Source of the DNA: an uncultured delta proteobacterium
GTDB taxonomy: Bacteria > Desulfobacterota > Syntrophorhabdia > Syntrophorhabdales > WCHB1-27
Direction of reading: 5' to 3'
NCBI GenBank assembly: GCA_963810935.1
Contig: CAWEPK010000008.1
Coordinates: 704,001-768,000 of the forward strand
DNA length: 64,000 nucleotides
Shown: positions 48,278 through 59,992 of the stretch, piece after piece
How the letters are laid out: each line of letters starts with the position of its first letter
Numbering within the stretch: the stretch's first letter is position 1
Program-made: the position numbers and the translations under genes
The notes under the pieces: generated by a model
Seen by the model: the letters and a program-made list of their open reading frames with translations, nothing else
Told to the model about the DNA's origin: nothing
Databases searched by the model: none

Positions 48278-49028
48278 CGCCGGTTTCCGGGATACCCTTG
48301 AGGTAGCTTGCTGCATTCTTGCCCAAGTCCTCGATATAGTAACCGCCTTCGAGGAGCGTGAAGAAGCGGCGGCTGGAGGAGGCGATCATCTCCGCGATCT
48401 TACGGTAGTCTTCCGTAAAGAGCAGGCCGCCCCAATCGCGGACGTACGTATCGAAGCCGGCCGAGCACCCCACAATATCATAGTCACGGGCATTTTCCAG
48501 GGCGGCTTCCAGAGCGGCAAAGAACTCCTCCCTTTTGGACGCTGCGATATTTCTGAAAGAAATCCGGTTGTCCCCTTTCACGATGTCTTCCGTGCCGTTC
48601 CCGTAGTGGAGGTCGATATCCACGATAAGGGCGCTCCCGATCGTGCCCCGCGACAGGAGGCTGTACAGGGCGACGGCCATGTTGTTAAAGAAGCAGAAAC
48701 CGCCGTTGAAATTGCGCCCGGCGTGGTGTCCCGGGGGCCGGATCAGCGCAAAGGAGGGCTTCTCGATGGCGATCTCCGCCGCTTTGATTGCTCCCCCGGC
48801 GGCCTTTGCCGCTACGCGAAAGATTTCTCTGTCCCTTTCGACGCTCCGGATCAACTCCCCGGTATGGCACCGCAGAAGGTCCTCTTCCGTGCACGGCCCC
48901 GGTTCTGTGAAATCGGCAATCTCCCGGATTGCAGAGCGTATTGCGTATGCCCTGTCGGGGGACTCGCAATCGACAGTCGGGTAGTCAGTAATGAAATCCT
49001 CGCTGTAGACGACCGGCACCTTTGCCAT
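48273..49028 (-). CDS. Histone deacetylase family amidohydrolase
   Basis: RPPGHHA, GFCFFNN, DIDLHYGNGT, SAGFD, LEGGY. Confidence 0.92.
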   Translation of the reverse strand: MAKVPVVYSEDFITDYPTVDCESPDRAYAIRSAIREIADFTEPGPCTEEDLLRCHTGELIRSVERDREIFRVAAKAAGGAIKAAEIAIEKPSFALIRPPGHHAGRNFNGGFCFFNNMAVALYSLLSRGTIGSALIVDIDLHYGNGTEDIVKGDNRISFRNIAASKREEFFAALEAALENARDYDIVGCSAGFDTYVRDWGGLLFTEDYRKIAEMIASSSRRFFTLLEGGYYIEDLGKNAASYLKGIPETGA

Positions 49029-49160
49029 ATCTTCCCAAGACCATAAATGGCCGCCGGTGTCAAGAGAAGTTCCGCAAAGCTTCCTTATCTTAAGCTTTTT
49101 CCCTTTCCATCCGATATAATTTGAGGATAGCGGCTTATTGCCGACAGGTGACTACTATTT

Positions 49161-49817
49161 ATGGCAAGATGCAATCGATGCGGTAAAGGGGGACTGTTCT
49201 TCAGGGTCAACGCAGGCGGCAGGTGCCCGGAGTGCGAGCGCAACCTGATACTGCAATCGGAATATATTCAGCTCGAAGAAGCGGTCAGGAGAATGAAGGC
49301 GGACCTGTGGGCGGCCGAGAACAGCTACGACGCGCTAAAGAAAAAAGAAAAGGGGCTCCACAGGCAGATGGCAGGCGTGGCAAAGAAAGGCCCCCTGCCT
49401 GAAGGGATACCGGACGCCGGGGGCGAGAGCGCAGGGTTGCCGGAAGCCGTACGGGCAAACGTGAGCGCTTACAGGCTCATGGCCGCCATCGTGATCGGGG
49501 CCGAATTTCAAAACCTCCTGCTCAATATCAGGTATTCGACGCAGGACGAGGCGATGGAGCATATCAAGGCGATTGCCGCTACATGCCGGGAGATAGCCGG
49601 CGGCGACCCGGACGCCGCCCCGTTCGTCGGAAATTATATCGACGACGTCGAGCGCCTCCTTACAGAAGCAATCAGGAATCAATATCATGCCACGGAAGAA
49701 CAGAAAAAGCCGTCCCACCCCAAGCGGCAGGGCGGAAGCCGGGGCCGCGAAGAGACGCGCAGCAAAGTGCCGAAAACCGCGCCCGCCGAATCCGGGAGCA
49801 AAAAGAAAAAGCGATAG
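49161..49817 (+). CDS. Hypothetical protein with N-terminal CxxC...CxxC Zn finger and coiled coil
   Basis: MARCNRCGK...CPEC then helical region. Confidence 0.6.
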   Translation: MARCNRCGKGGLFFRVNAGGRCPECERNLILQSEYIQLEEAVRRMKADLWAAENSYDALKKKEKGLHRQMAGVAKKGPLPEGIPDAGGESAGLPEAVRANVSAYRLMAAIVIGAEFQNLLLNIRYSTQDEAMEHIKAIAATCREIAGGDPDAAPFVGNYIDDVERLLTEAIRNQYHATEEQKKPSHPKRQGGSRGREETRSKVPKTAPAESGSKKKKR

Positions 49818-49858
49818 GCGCGCCGCTCGCGGCTGCCGTCGTACTCCCTGTCGGGCAT

Positions 49859-50557
49859 TCACGTTGCGGCCCGGCCTCCGGCAGCCGACGCACCGGGGGC
49901 AAAGGACAGCGCCTTTTTCGGGCATACGGCGACGCAGGAGCCGCACTTGAGGCAGTCACCCTCCAGCACCCGCTGAATCCCATCCCGCTTGTATTCAGCC
50001 GGCTTGAGTTGCACCGGGCAGACCTTCGAGCAGGCTCCGCACTCCACGCACTCTTCCGAATCGATAAAAAGAGGCTCTTTACTTCCCCCGACCCACTTTT
50101 GCATCGTGCCTATCGGGCAGAGATAACACCACGTCCTCTGGTGAAACAAAAGCGCCAGGACTACGCCGGCGGAGGTTGTTACCGTCAGTAGAATCACGAA
50201 AAACATGCCGATCGAGACGAAATCGGGCCACCTTATAACGATCTGGAAGGTCAGGAACGCCATGAGAAAGGCGAGCAGACCAACTCTCGCGGGCTGCTGC
50301 CTGATAAAGGCCGCGATCCGCCTGCCCGGGCTTATCATTTTTCCAAGCACGTCGTAGAAGCTGCCCCTGGGGCAGTACCAGTCGCACCATTTCCGGCCCC
50401 TGCGTACCGCGATGCCTACGCCGAGGACCATACAGGCCGGGATAAAATATCCCAAAAGGGGCAGGAACCATCCCCCGAGGAGGACCGCGAAAAACAGGAC
50501 GGTCATAATGACCTGTTTTGCACGGCGGTGCGCCGCGAACGTCTTAAACCGGCTCAT
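49859..50557 (-). CDS. Membrane 4Fe-4S binding protein (NapH/MauN-like)
   Basis: WCDWYCPRG, WCYLCPIG, two CxxCxxCxxxCP clusters. Confidence 0.88.
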   Translation of the reverse strand: MSRFKTFAAHRRAKQVIMTVLFFAVLLGGWFLPLLGYFIPACMVLGVGIAVRRGRKWCDWYCPRGSFYDVLGKMISPGRRIAAFIRQQPARVGLLAFLMAFLTFQIVIRWPDFVSIGMFFVILLTVTTSAGVVLALLFHQRTWCYLCPIGTMQKWVGGSKEPLFIDSEECVECGACSKVCPVQLKPAEYKRDGIQRVLEGDCLKCGSCVAVCPKKALSFAPGASAAGGRAAT

Positions 50558-50601
50558 TATATTCCTCAATTCGCATATAATGATATAGCGCCCAAATTTT
50601 T

Positions 50602-50940
50602 TTAGCGCGCCTGGGCCTTCCTCAGGCTCTTCGAAATTTTCTCCGTATCGGCCAGCCTTTCCAGCAGTACTTCCGTTACTATATCGAAAGCCTGGAGGAT
50701 CCTCTCGTTGGCCAGCGAATAGAAGATCGTCACCCCTTCCCTGCGCGTCACGACAAGCTTCTTTGACCTCAATAACGCCAGATGCTGCGAGACGTTCGCC
50801 TGCCGCATGTCGGCCAGCCTCGCTATCTCCCCCACAGACAGTTCCCTCCCCCTCAAAAGGTTGAGTATCAGAAGCCTTTTGGGGGAAGTAAACACTGCAC
50901 AAAGCTGCGCGTGAAGTTCATATAGCTTACTACGGTCCAT
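50602..50940 (-). CDS. ArsR/SmtB family regulator
   Basis: PKRLLIL, ELSVGEI, NVSQHLALLR, RREG...YSL. Confidence 0.92.
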   Translation of the reverse strand: MDRSKLYELHAQLCAVFTSPKRLLILNLLRGRELSVGEIARLADMRQANVSQHLALLRSKKLVVTRREGVTIFYSLANERILQAFDIVTEVLLERLADTEKISKSLRKAQAR

Positions 50941-51197
50941 AGCTTATATTAATATATAAGTACGTTCGCATATACTTGTCAAGTGCGACAGTCGAGAAAA
51001 ACCAGATTCCGCCGCTCGTTCCAATCCTGACGCACCGGCCCCTGCGAGGTAAGGCCGTGCCCCTTGCCCCTCGTGGGCGCAGAACCTATGTTTCCATCAT
51101 GGCCGGGCCGCTAAAAAAACGCGGCGGGCACGCGCACCTACCCGGCCGACCGTTCTCGTGAAGGGTCGCGTGCGCCTTGCCCGCAAAGGAGGATAGC

Positions 51198-51581
51198 ATG
51201 AACGCAAAACTCGCAGCGCTGTTATTCGTCGCAATCCTGATCTTGCCGGGTATCTCCCCGGCGGTAACCAGCGAGAACTTCCAGACCAGGACGACGCAGG
51301 ACCTTGTCAACCTGTGCGAAAGCCCCTCGACCGATCCGCTTCATAACGAAGCTGTCAACTTTTGCGAGGGCTATATCGTCGGAGCTTACAGCTTTCATAA
51401 TGCACAGCACCCCGGATCGGGCGCGGGCCGGATGGTCTGCCTGCCGCAACCGGCCCCGTCGCGGGACGCGGCCACCGGCATGTTCGTCGAATGGGCCAAG
51501 GCGCACCCACAGTATATGAGCGAGAGGCCGGTCGACACATTGTTCAGGTTCGCCGAGACTACGTGGCCTTGCAAAGGTTAG
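51198..51581 (+). CDS. Rap1a/Tai-like periplasmic immunity protein
   Basis: Signal peptide; DL..LC, FC.GYI.G, VCLP, WPC cysteine pattern. Confidence 0.7.
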   Translation: MNAKLAALLFVAILILPGISPAVTSENFQTRTTQDLVNLCESPSTDPLHNEAVNFCEGYIVGAYSFHNAQHPGSGAGRMVCLPQPAPSRDAATGMFVEWAKAHPQYMSERPVDTLFRFAETTWPCKG

Positions 51582-51601
51582 TTACATCAAGGAGAGGAAA
51601 C

Positions 51602-51898
51602 ATGAGCAGGGTAATAATAGCGATCGTTCTCATCGGCAGCCTGGCGCTCGCCGGATGCTCATCAATGAGCCCGACCGAGCAGCGTACTGCGACCGGCGGC
51701 GCGGCAGGAGCAGCGGGCGGCGCGATACTCGGCGCCGTCGCCGGAAATACCCCTCTCGGCGCGGCGATAGGCGCGGGCGTCGGACTTGCAGGAGGCTACC
51801 TCTACAGTAAGCACGAGGAGTCACAACAAACCGCGTACCAGCAAGGTTATCAGGCGGGTACCCAGCAGCAAGCGTCGCAGCAGCAACAGAAGCAATAG
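51602..51898 (+). CDS. Glycine-zipper lipoprotein
   Basis: LAGC lipobox, GxxxG repeats. Confidence 0.85.
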   Translation: MSRVIIAIVLIGSLALAGCSSMSPTEQRTATGGAAGAAGGAILGAVAGNTPLGAAIGAGVGLAGGYLYSKHEESQQTAYQQGYQAGTQQQASQQQQKQ

Positions 51899-52095
51899 CT
51901 AAAGCGACGCAAAACCCTTCGGTGCCATGAGGTCCCGACCGGGCCTGCAAAAGCTCTCTTACCGTCGGCTTCAAGGGACGCGTGCCCCAGTTCTTCCTGG
52001 CGGTCTGCCGATTCGAGCATCCACCGGCCGCAATAATAAAGCAAGCGTATGCGCCGCGCCGAGCGGGGAGCAACTGTGTTCGATGTCAAGAGATT

Positions 52096-53200
<1,105 letters not shown>

Positions 53201-53329
53201 GGATATAAGATACAAGGCTCCGCGAGCTTCGCCCGTGGAGGGGGCGCTGAGCCCCAATAATTGCATAGTGAAACGTCGACAACGGATATATGCTGACGCG
53301 GCGATGTAACCTTCAGAAGCCCCGCCGCA

Positions 53330-53405
53330 GTGTCTCTTCCTTTTTATGAGGGGGTGGCTCCGCCGGCTTTGCCGGCGGAGGGGGCAACGCTAGCCCCAAT
53401 AATTG
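53330..53405. repeat. Dispersed repeat copy 9
   Basis: TCTCTTCCTTTTTATGAGGGGG + CTCCGCCGGCTTTGCCGGCGGAG + GGGGCAACGCTAGCCCCAATAATTG. Confidence 0.85.
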
Positions 53406-53441
53406 ATTTCCACCCTGCCCGATGTTATCCTTATCCGGCAT

Positions 53442-55121
53442 ATGAAAAGCTCCGATACATCTCAAGCGGCGCGGTTCAAGGTCCTGATAACGGACACTAT
53501 CGCGGAGGCGGGCATAAAGAAGCTCACCAGGAGCGGCACCGTCGACGTTGACATCAGGCCGGGGATCGGAGGCGAAGAGCTGGCAGCGGTCATAGGCGAC
53601 TACGACGCGATCATCACGCGGAGCGGCACATCGATTTCCGCGTCATTGCTCGAGCGCCCCGGCAGGCTGAAGGTGATCGGCCGGGCAGGCGTCGGCCTCG
53701 ATAATATCGACATAGAGGCTGCGAGCAAGAAGGGCATTATCGTGATGAACGCCCCCACCGGCAACACCCTGGCTGCTACAGAGCTGACCATGGGCATCAT
53801 GCTCGCGGCGGCCAGAAAGATACCGCTTGCCCATTATTCCCTCAAGGCGGGCAAGTGGGACCGCAAGAAGTTCATGGGCGTCGAGCTGTTTCGCAAGACC
53901 CTCGGCATCATCGGGCTCGGGCGGATAGGGACCAATGTCGCCATAAGGTCGAAGAGCTTCGGCATGCGTGTGATCGCCTACGACCCATATATCAAAAAAA
54001 ACAAAGCCGATTCCGCCGGCGTCCTCCTGTACGAAAACCTTGAAGACGTGTTGCGGGAAGCCGATGTCATTACCTTCCATACGCCCCTCACGACGGCGAC
54101 CAGGAACATAATTGCCGCCCGCGAGTTTGCGCTGATGAAAGACGGCGTCATTCTCGTGAACTGCGCGAGGGGCGGCATCGTCAACGAGGGCGATCTTTAT
54201 GATGCGCTCAAGTCGGGTAAGGTATTTGCGGCCGGTATGGACGTGTTCGCAAAGGAGCCTGCGGCAAGCAACAAGCTCCTTGAGCTTGAGAATGTTTTCG
54301 CCACCCCCCACATAGGGGCCAACACGAAAGAGGGCCAGAACGCGGTCGCCCTCATTATAACCGAGCAGGTCCATAACGTCCTCCACGGCAAAGCGTACGA
54401 GAACGCAGTCAATATCCCTTTTGTCAAATCTCAGCTCCCTTCGGCCATGCAGCTCTATTTCGACCTGGCGGAGAAAATGGGCAAGCTCTCGGCGCAGCTC
54501 ATAAAAGGGAGGACCTCGCAAGTCAAGCTGGTGATGGTGGGAAAGACATTCGAGGAGGACCTCTGCGAGCGCAAGTTCGACGTACCTTTCAGCTACCAGC
54601 CCTTCACGACAGCCGCCCTGAAGGGTTTCCTCGGGGTCTTCAGCCGTGAGACTGTCACGTTCATCAATGCGCCGTACTTTGCCCTCGACAGGGGCATCGA
54701 GGTGGAGGAGTCAAAGACGGAGCATTTCGAGAAGTTCAACGACCTGCTCGTGCTACAGATAAAGACGGACGCCAGAGAGACGAGCATCGCAGGCACCGTG
54801 TTTTCCGACGGCATCGGAAGGATCGTCCTCTACGACAAGTTCCGTCTGGATATAGTGCCCGAAGGCACCTTCCTTCATTTCAGGATCGTAGACAGGCCGG
54901 GGATCATAGGGAAAGTGGCGGGCATCCTAGGCGACAACCATATAAACATCGCGGGCTTCGGGCTGTCGCGGGTCGTGGACACGGACGGACGGGGCGCCGC
55001 CAAGCGCGTTGCCGGCGAGGAGGTCGCTTTTGTCTCCGTCGACAGCCCGATAGGACCCGGCGTGCTTGCCGACATACGCGCCATCGACGGCATGATCGAG
55101 GCCAGCGTCGTGCATCTTTAA
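53442..55121 (+). CDS. serA: D-3-phosphoglycerate dehydrogenase (with ASB and ACT domains)
   Basis: GRAGVGLDNID, GLGRIG, NCARGG, TPHIGA, DRPGIIG ACT. Confidence 0.93.
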   Translation: MKSSDTSQAARFKVLITDTIAEAGIKKLTRSGTVDVDIRPGIGGEELAAVIGDYDAIITRSGTSISASLLERPGRLKVIGRAGVGLDNIDIEAASKKGIIVMNAPTGNTLAATELTMGIMLAAARKIPLAHYSLKAGKWDRKKFMGVELFRKTLGIIGLGRIGTNVAIRSKSFGMRVIAYDPYIKKNKADSAGVLLYENLEDVLREADVITFHTPLTTATRNIIAAREFALMKDGVILVNCARGGIVNEGDLYDALKSGKVFAAGMDVFAKEPAASNKLLELENVFATPHIGANTKEGQNAVALIITEQVHNVLHGKAYENAVNIPFVKSQLPSAMQLYFDLAEKMGKLSAQLIKGRTSQVKLVMVGKTFEEDLCERKFDVPFSYQPFTTAALKGFLGVFSRETVTFINAPYFALDRGIEVEESKTEHFEKFNDLLVLQIKTDARETSIAGTVFSDGIGRIVLYDKFRLDIVPEGTFLHFRIVDRPGIIGKVAGILGDNHINIAGFGLSRVVDTDGRGAAKRVAGEEVAFVSVDSPIGPGVLADIRAIDGMIEASVVHL

Positions 55122-55258
55122 GCTAACCGTTTAAAGAAAGCTAAACCGCCGTTCCGGTCCCCAAGCATCCGAAGAAACGGATGCAATGTCCGGGCAGACC
55201 CGGTATAATAAATATGTAAGGCACTTCCCGATCGATCTCAAAGAAAACAGGAGGCAAG

Positions 55259-56794
55259 GTGACGCGGCGTGAGTTCTGCACGGCCGTTTTGTGGGGCGTG
55301 CTGTCGGTTGTCGGAGGAACGGGAAGAGCCGCGGCGCAGCAGACCGGAGGCGCAGTCCCTTTCAGCAGGGATTTGCTGAGGGAGAAGGCGCGCTCCCTGT
55401 CCAGGCAGCCGTATACGCCGCCCGACGAAAGCCTGCCCGCCTGGGTCCCGATAGGCTGGGACGAATATCAGGCGATCCGCTTCCGGCCGACTAAGGCGCT
55501 ATGGGCCAAAGAAGACCTGCCGTTCCAGGTCCGTTTTTTCCATCTCGGCCTTTATTACAAAAGGCCCGTGCGGATATACGAGGTAAGCGGCGGTCTGGCG
55601 CATCCCATTGCTTACTCGCCGGCCCTTTTTCAGTTCCCAGGAAGCCTCGACGGGCGGCGCGCCGGAGAGCCGCGCGGCTATGCCGGCTTCCGCGTGCATC
55701 CGAGGGACGATTTCGAGCGGGATGAGGTGTCCTTTCTCGGGGCCAGCTATTTCCGGGCAACGGGCGGACAGAAACAGTACGGCTTATCTGCCCGCGGCCT
55801 GGCCATCGATACAGGGATGCCGAGGCCCGAAGAATTCCCGGATTTCCGTGAGTTCTGGCTGGAAAGGCCGGCGCCCGGCGCACAGTCCCTGCGCGTCCAT
55901 GCGCTCCTCGACGGCCCCAGCGTGGCCGGCGCCTATTCCTTCGACATTACTACCGGTGAGAAGACCGTCATGGATGTCGAGGCTGCCCTCTTCCCCCGGT
56001 GCGAGATCGAGCGGCTCGGCATAGCGCCGATGACCTCGATGTTCCAGCACGGCGAGAACGACAGGCGGCACAACGACGATTTCCGGCCGGAAGTCCACGA
56101 TTCGGACGGTCTCGCATTATGGACGGGGGCCGGGGAGCGCATCTGGAGGCCCCTCGTCAACCCTTCTTCCCTGAACGTCAACTCCTTTATCGACGATAAC
56201 CCTCGCGGGTTCGGTCTTCTTCAGCGGGACCGCAACTTCAACGACTACCAGGACGCCGGGGCTTACTATCACAAGCGCCCGTCCCTCTGGGTCGAGCCGC
56301 TCGACGCCTGGGGAAAGGGCGCAGTGCAGCTCGTGGAGATACCGACCGACGACGAGATTTTCGACAATATAGTCGCGTACTGGAACCCGGCCGCGCCCAT
56401 ACGGCCGGGCAGTGAGGCTACTTTCCGCTACCGCCTTTACTGGGGTGCGCAACCCCCATTTCCGCCAACGTGCGCCGAGACGGTAGCCACCCACCTCGGC
56501 AGGCCGGGCGTGCTCGGGAAGCATGAAGTCCTGAAGGGGCGCAAGTTCGTGATCGACTTTGTGGGCGGGCGCCTCTCTGGCCTTCGCAAGGGCGCCCTGG
56601 TGGAGCCTGTCATACAGGCGTCCCACGGAAAAATTGCCAACACGGAAGTCTTCCCCATCAAAGAGCTGGGAGGCTGGCGCTTAAGCTTCGACCTCGTCTA
56701 CGACGGCGCAAAACCCGTGGACCTGCGGTGCTACCTGACGGACGGGCACGACGCCCTGACGGAGACATGGCTCTACCAGTGGTCCACCGCCTAA
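55259..56794 (+). CDS. opgD: Periplasmic glucan biosynthesis protein (OpgD/OpgG family), Tat signal
   Basis: TRREF signal, FLGASYFRA, YGLSARGLAID, RPEVHDSDGL, ETWLYQW. Confidence 0.85.
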   Translation: MTRREFCTAVLWGVLSVVGGTGRAAAQQTGGAVPFSRDLLREKARSLSRQPYTPPDESLPAWVPIGWDEYQAIRFRPTKALWAKEDLPFQVRFFHLGLYYKRPVRIYEVSGGLAHPIAYSPALFQFPGSLDGRRAGEPRGYAGFRVHPRDDFERDEVSFLGASYFRATGGQKQYGLSARGLAIDTGMPRPEEFPDFREFWLERPAPGAQSLRVHALLDGPSVAGAYSFDITTGEKTVMDVEAALFPRCEIERLGIAPMTSMFQHGENDRRHNDDFRPEVHDSDGLALWTGAGERIWRPLVNPSSLNVNSFIDDNPRGFGLLQRDRNFNDYQDAGAYYHKRPSLWVEPLDAWGKGAVQLVEIPTDDEIFDNIVAYWNPAAPIRPGSEATFRYRLYWGAQPPFPPTCAETVATHLGRPGVLGKHEVLKGRKFVIDFVGGRLSGLRKGALVEPVIQASHGKIANTEVFPIKELGGWRLSFDLVYDGAKPVDLRCYLTDGHDALTETWLYQWSTA

Positions 56795-56907
56795 AGCGCC
56801 TCACTAGGCATTTGCCGCCAGGGCCTGCCCGCCCTGACGGCAAACTCCCTCCGGCATCCGCCATGCATGAGCTAAAACACCGAGCAACGACACGGGTAAG
56901 AAAATGC

Positions 56908-56952
56908 TTGACAATATTTCCAGTAATGGTATACCAAAATATATACCAAAAT
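56908..56952 (+). promoter_or_regulatory. Promoter with putative GntR operator
   Basis: TTGACA at 56908; palindrome TGGTATACCA 56927-56936 over the -10 region; TATACCAAAAT repeated at 56930 and 56942. Confidence 0.6.
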
Positions 56953-56970
56953 CCGAAAGGGGGGGCTGAT

Positions 56971-57867
56971 ATGAAACGGATTATAGTTCTGGCTTTATCA
57001 GGTTTGTTACTGTTCAGCACCGCGGTATTGGCCGAGCAGAATAAATTGGTTGGCGACGCTTCTTCCGTCGACACGAAGTACACCAGCGCTTATACCGTCA
57101 ACATGTATAAGTGGTTCGACGAACATCCTCTGGCGCCCGAGCAGAAGACGGACATGAAGCCGATATTCATGACGCCCAGGGTCGTCGTCTTGGGTGCGAT
57201 CAACAAGGGACAGCTCGCAGATTTCCACTACCACACCGAGGCCGATGAGATCGAGCTCGTCGTAAAAGGACAGTGCGAGAAGTACATAGACGGCAAGTGG
57301 ATAGCGATGAAGCCGGGAGACATCCACTATAACCCGCGCGGCGTCATCCACGCAACGAGGATCATCGGCAGCGAGCCCTTCCAGGCCGTCTCCATCTTCA
57401 CCCCGTCTACAGCGGTCCCCGACCGGGTGTTCCTCAACACGGATATAACCACGGCGAAACCCGGCGCGACAATCGGCGACTGGGCGCTGCTGGATACGCA
57501 GTACAAGAAAGGCTATATCATCAACCTCGACGAATGGTACGCCAGCCACCCCTTAAGCGCGCAACAACCCGTTAGGAGCGAACCGGCGATGGGGACGAAA
57601 CGCAGCCAGCTCATGATTGCCCAGAGGCCCGCGCTCCCCGTCCACTACCACGGCTCCGCCGATGAGATCATCTATACTTACAAGGGCCAGGGCCAATTAT
57701 ATATCAACGGCGTGTGGACGACGGTAAAGCCGGGCGACATCCACTTCTGCCCTAGGGGCTTAATCCACGGCATCCGCCCGGCGGGCGAGGGTGAGTTCAA
57801 GATTTTCGCCATCTTTACACCGCCGCAGGCAAACCTGAGCGATAGGATATTCGTCGATCTGAAGTAG
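56971..57867 (+). CDS. Exported bicupin protein
   Basis: Signal peptide; two HYH...DE...G and PGDIH..PRG.IH cupin motifs. Confidence 0.85.
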   Translation: MKRIIVLALSGLLLFSTAVLAEQNKLVGDASSVDTKYTSAYTVNMYKWFDEHPLAPEQKTDMKPIFMTPRVVVLGAINKGQLADFHYHTEADEIELVVKGQCEKYIDGKWIAMKPGDIHYNPRGVIHATRIIGSEPFQAVSIFTPSTAVPDRVFLNTDITTAKPGATIGDWALLDTQYKKGYIINLDEWYASHPLSAQQPVRSEPAMGTKRSQLMIAQRPALPVHYHGSADEIIYTYKGQGQLYINGVWTTVKPGDIHFCPRGLIHGIRPAGEGEFKIFAIFTPPQANLSDRIFVDLK

Positions 57868-57868
57868 G

Positions 57869-58552
57869 ATGATAGGCATAAACAGGCTAAAAGCGGAAAA
57901 CCTGAAGAACAGCGTCAGTTCCACGTTCGTGTTACGCGAGCTGGAAAATGCAATCCTTTCCGGCTATTTTAAGCCGAGGGAACGCCTCGTCGAAAGGGAG
58001 TTGCTCTTGCATTTCGACGTCAGCCGCACGGTGATAAGGGAAGTCCTCAACAAGCTCGAAGGAAAAGGGCTTGTCAAGATCACCCCTTACCGGGGAGCGG
58101 TGGTCGTCGACCTAACATCGGACGAGATCGAGCAGATCTATTTCCTGCGCGCAAAACTCGAAGTGATCGCTGCCGGCCTGGTCGTTAAGAACATCACCCG
58201 GCAGGAGGTCCAGCAATTGGACCGGCTCCAAAAGGAGCTGCAAAAGCACCAGCGGGAGCGGACCGCGCAGATGATCGAGAAGGACAACGAGTTCCACCGC
58301 ATCATGTTCCAGCCTTCGAGGAACGACCACCTCAATTACATGATCGATTATCTCAGCACGAAGGCGCATGTCGTCAAGTTCAACGCCTGGTCCCTCCCGA
58401 ACAGGATCGAGCAGTCGATGCGGGAGCACGGGGAGATGATCGAGGCCCTGAAGGTGCGCGACGCGGACGCCTTCGAGAAGCTCGTCGTCGACCACCTTCT
58501 TTTTTCGAAAAAGAGCTACCTGGAGCGCCTGGGCGGGAGACAGCGAAGATGA
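57869..58552 (+). CDS. GntR (FadR/FCD) family regulator
   Basis: ERLVE, VSRTVIRE, D.EFH, EH. Confidence 0.92.
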   Translation: MIGINRLKAENLKNSVSSTFVLRELENAILSGYFKPRERLVERELLLHFDVSRTVIREVLNKLEGKGLVKITPYRGAVVVDLTSDEIEQIYFLRAKLEVIAAGLVVKNITRQEVQQLDRLQKELQKHQRERTAQMIEKDNEFHRIMFQPSRNDHLNYMIDYLSTKAHVVKFNAWSLPNRIEQSMREHGEMIEALKVRDADAFEKLVVDHLLFSKKSYLERLGGRQRR

Positions 58553-58833
58553 CAGAAAAAACACGGCGAGCGCAGGAGAAACAGAAAAATACCATGAGCG
58601 ACATAACGTTATACGACCAGCTTTGCAAAGGCGTCGAGGAGTGCGGCATCTGCATAAGCGTCTGCCGCCGGTCGGTCTTCAAACCGGGCGCTACGCTGAA
58701 CCGGAAGGGCTACCGCCCGCCCGAGATATGCGATGCCGGCGCCTGCACGTCATGCGGCGACTGTATGATCTTCTGCCCCGACATGGCCATCGCCGTGCCG
58801 GCAAAAGCAAAGCAACGGCGAAAGGAAGCCTGA
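58549..58833 (+). CDS. 2-oxoacid:ferredoxin oxidoreductase delta (ferredoxin) subunit
   Basis: CKG..ECGICI.VC and CTSCGDC..FCPD; start may be 58594. Confidence 0.88.
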   Translation: MTEKTRRAQEKQKNTMSDITLYDQLCKGVEECGICISVCRRSVFKPGATLNRKGYRPPEICDAGACTSCGDCMIFCPDMAIAVPAKAKQRRKEA

Positions 58834-58837
58834 GGCG

Positions 58838-59992
58838 ATGAAAGCAGAGCGCGTCCAGACAGGACGATACTTCATGATGGGCAATGAGGCGTGCGCGGAG
58901 GGCGCGTTGGCTGCGGGTTGCGAGTTCTCGGCGGGTTATCCGATAACACCGGCTACGGAGATCGCGAACCGGCTCGCCGAAAGGCTGCCTGCGGTCGGTG
59001 GGGCTTTCCTTCAGATGGAAGACGAGATCGCCTCCATCGCGGCGATCATCGGCGCCTCCTGGGGCGGAATGAAGGTAATGACGGTCACTTCGGGGCCGGG
59101 CATCAGCCTCATGTCGGAGAATATCGGGTTCGCGGTAGGAGTGGAGACGCCTTGCGTGATCGTCAACGTCCAGCGCGGAGCGCCGACGACGGGCATGCCC
59201 ACCGTTGGCGTGCAGGGGGACATGGTGCAGGCCAGGCACGGCTCGCACGGTGATTATGAGATTATCGCCCTCTGCCCGTCTTCGGCCCAGGAGATGTTCG
59301 ACCACACGGTGAAGGCATTCTATTACGCCGAAAAATACCGGACGCCTGTCTTCATCCTGTCGGACGCCTTCGTCGGTCACATGCGCGAGGAGGTCGTGAT
59401 ACCCGGGCCGCAGGAAATCGAGACCGCGTACAGGAAAATCCCGCCGGAGGGTACCGACCCCCAGGCGATCAGGGGCTTCCTTGATGAAGATATCGCGCCC
59501 ATGCCCATTTTCGGCCGGGGATACAGGGCGCACGTGACAAGTTCCTGCCACGACGAGACGGGGAAGCGCAACCTGATCGATGTCTCCTCCCTCGACATGT
59601 TCGTACGGCGGCTTTCCAACAAGATCCTCAAGCACAAAGAAGAGATAACGATAGTGGACAGGGATTACGAAGGCGCCGACGTAGTCCTCGTATCGTACGG
59701 CGCGGTGGCGCGGGCCGCCGCAGCCGCGGCGAGCCGGGCGCGGGAGGCGGGCATAGCTGCGGGCACGTTGCGCCTCGTCACCGTATGGCCCTTCCCCGAC
59801 CACGAGGTCGAGAAAATGGCGGCGGGCGCAAAACACGTGATCGTGCTCGAGAACAACCTGGGGCAGATGTACCCGTACATCAAGGCGGCGGCCGCCCCGT
59901 TCGCGGAAGTCTCTTTCCTTCCGCCCAGGCTTTTAGGGCAGATCCAGGACCCGGAAGATATACTGCGCAGGATCAGAGAGGTAATCCGATGA
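58838..59992 (+). CDS. 2-oxoacid:ferredoxin oxidoreductase alpha subunit (KorA-like)
   Basis: GYPITP, QMEDEIAS, TSGPG, QRG.P.TGMPT. Confidence 0.93.
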   Translation: MKAERVQTGRYFMMGNEACAEGALAAGCEFSAGYPITPATEIANRLAERLPAVGGAFLQMEDEIASIAAIIGASWGGMKVMTVTSGPGISLMSENIGFAVGVETPCVIVNVQRGAPTTGMPTVGVQGDMVQARHGSHGDYEIIALCPSSAQEMFDHTVKAFYYAEKYRTPVFILSDAFVGHMREEVVIPGPQEIETAYRKIPPEGTDPQAIRGFLDEDIAPMPIFGRGYRAHVTSSCHDETGKRNLIDVSSLDMFVRRLSNKILKHKEEITIVDRDYEGADVVLVSYGAVARAAAAAASRAREAGIAAGTLRLVTVWPFPDHEVEKMAAGAKHVIVLENNLGQMYPYIKAAAAPFAEVSFLPPRLLGQIQDPEDILRRIREVIR

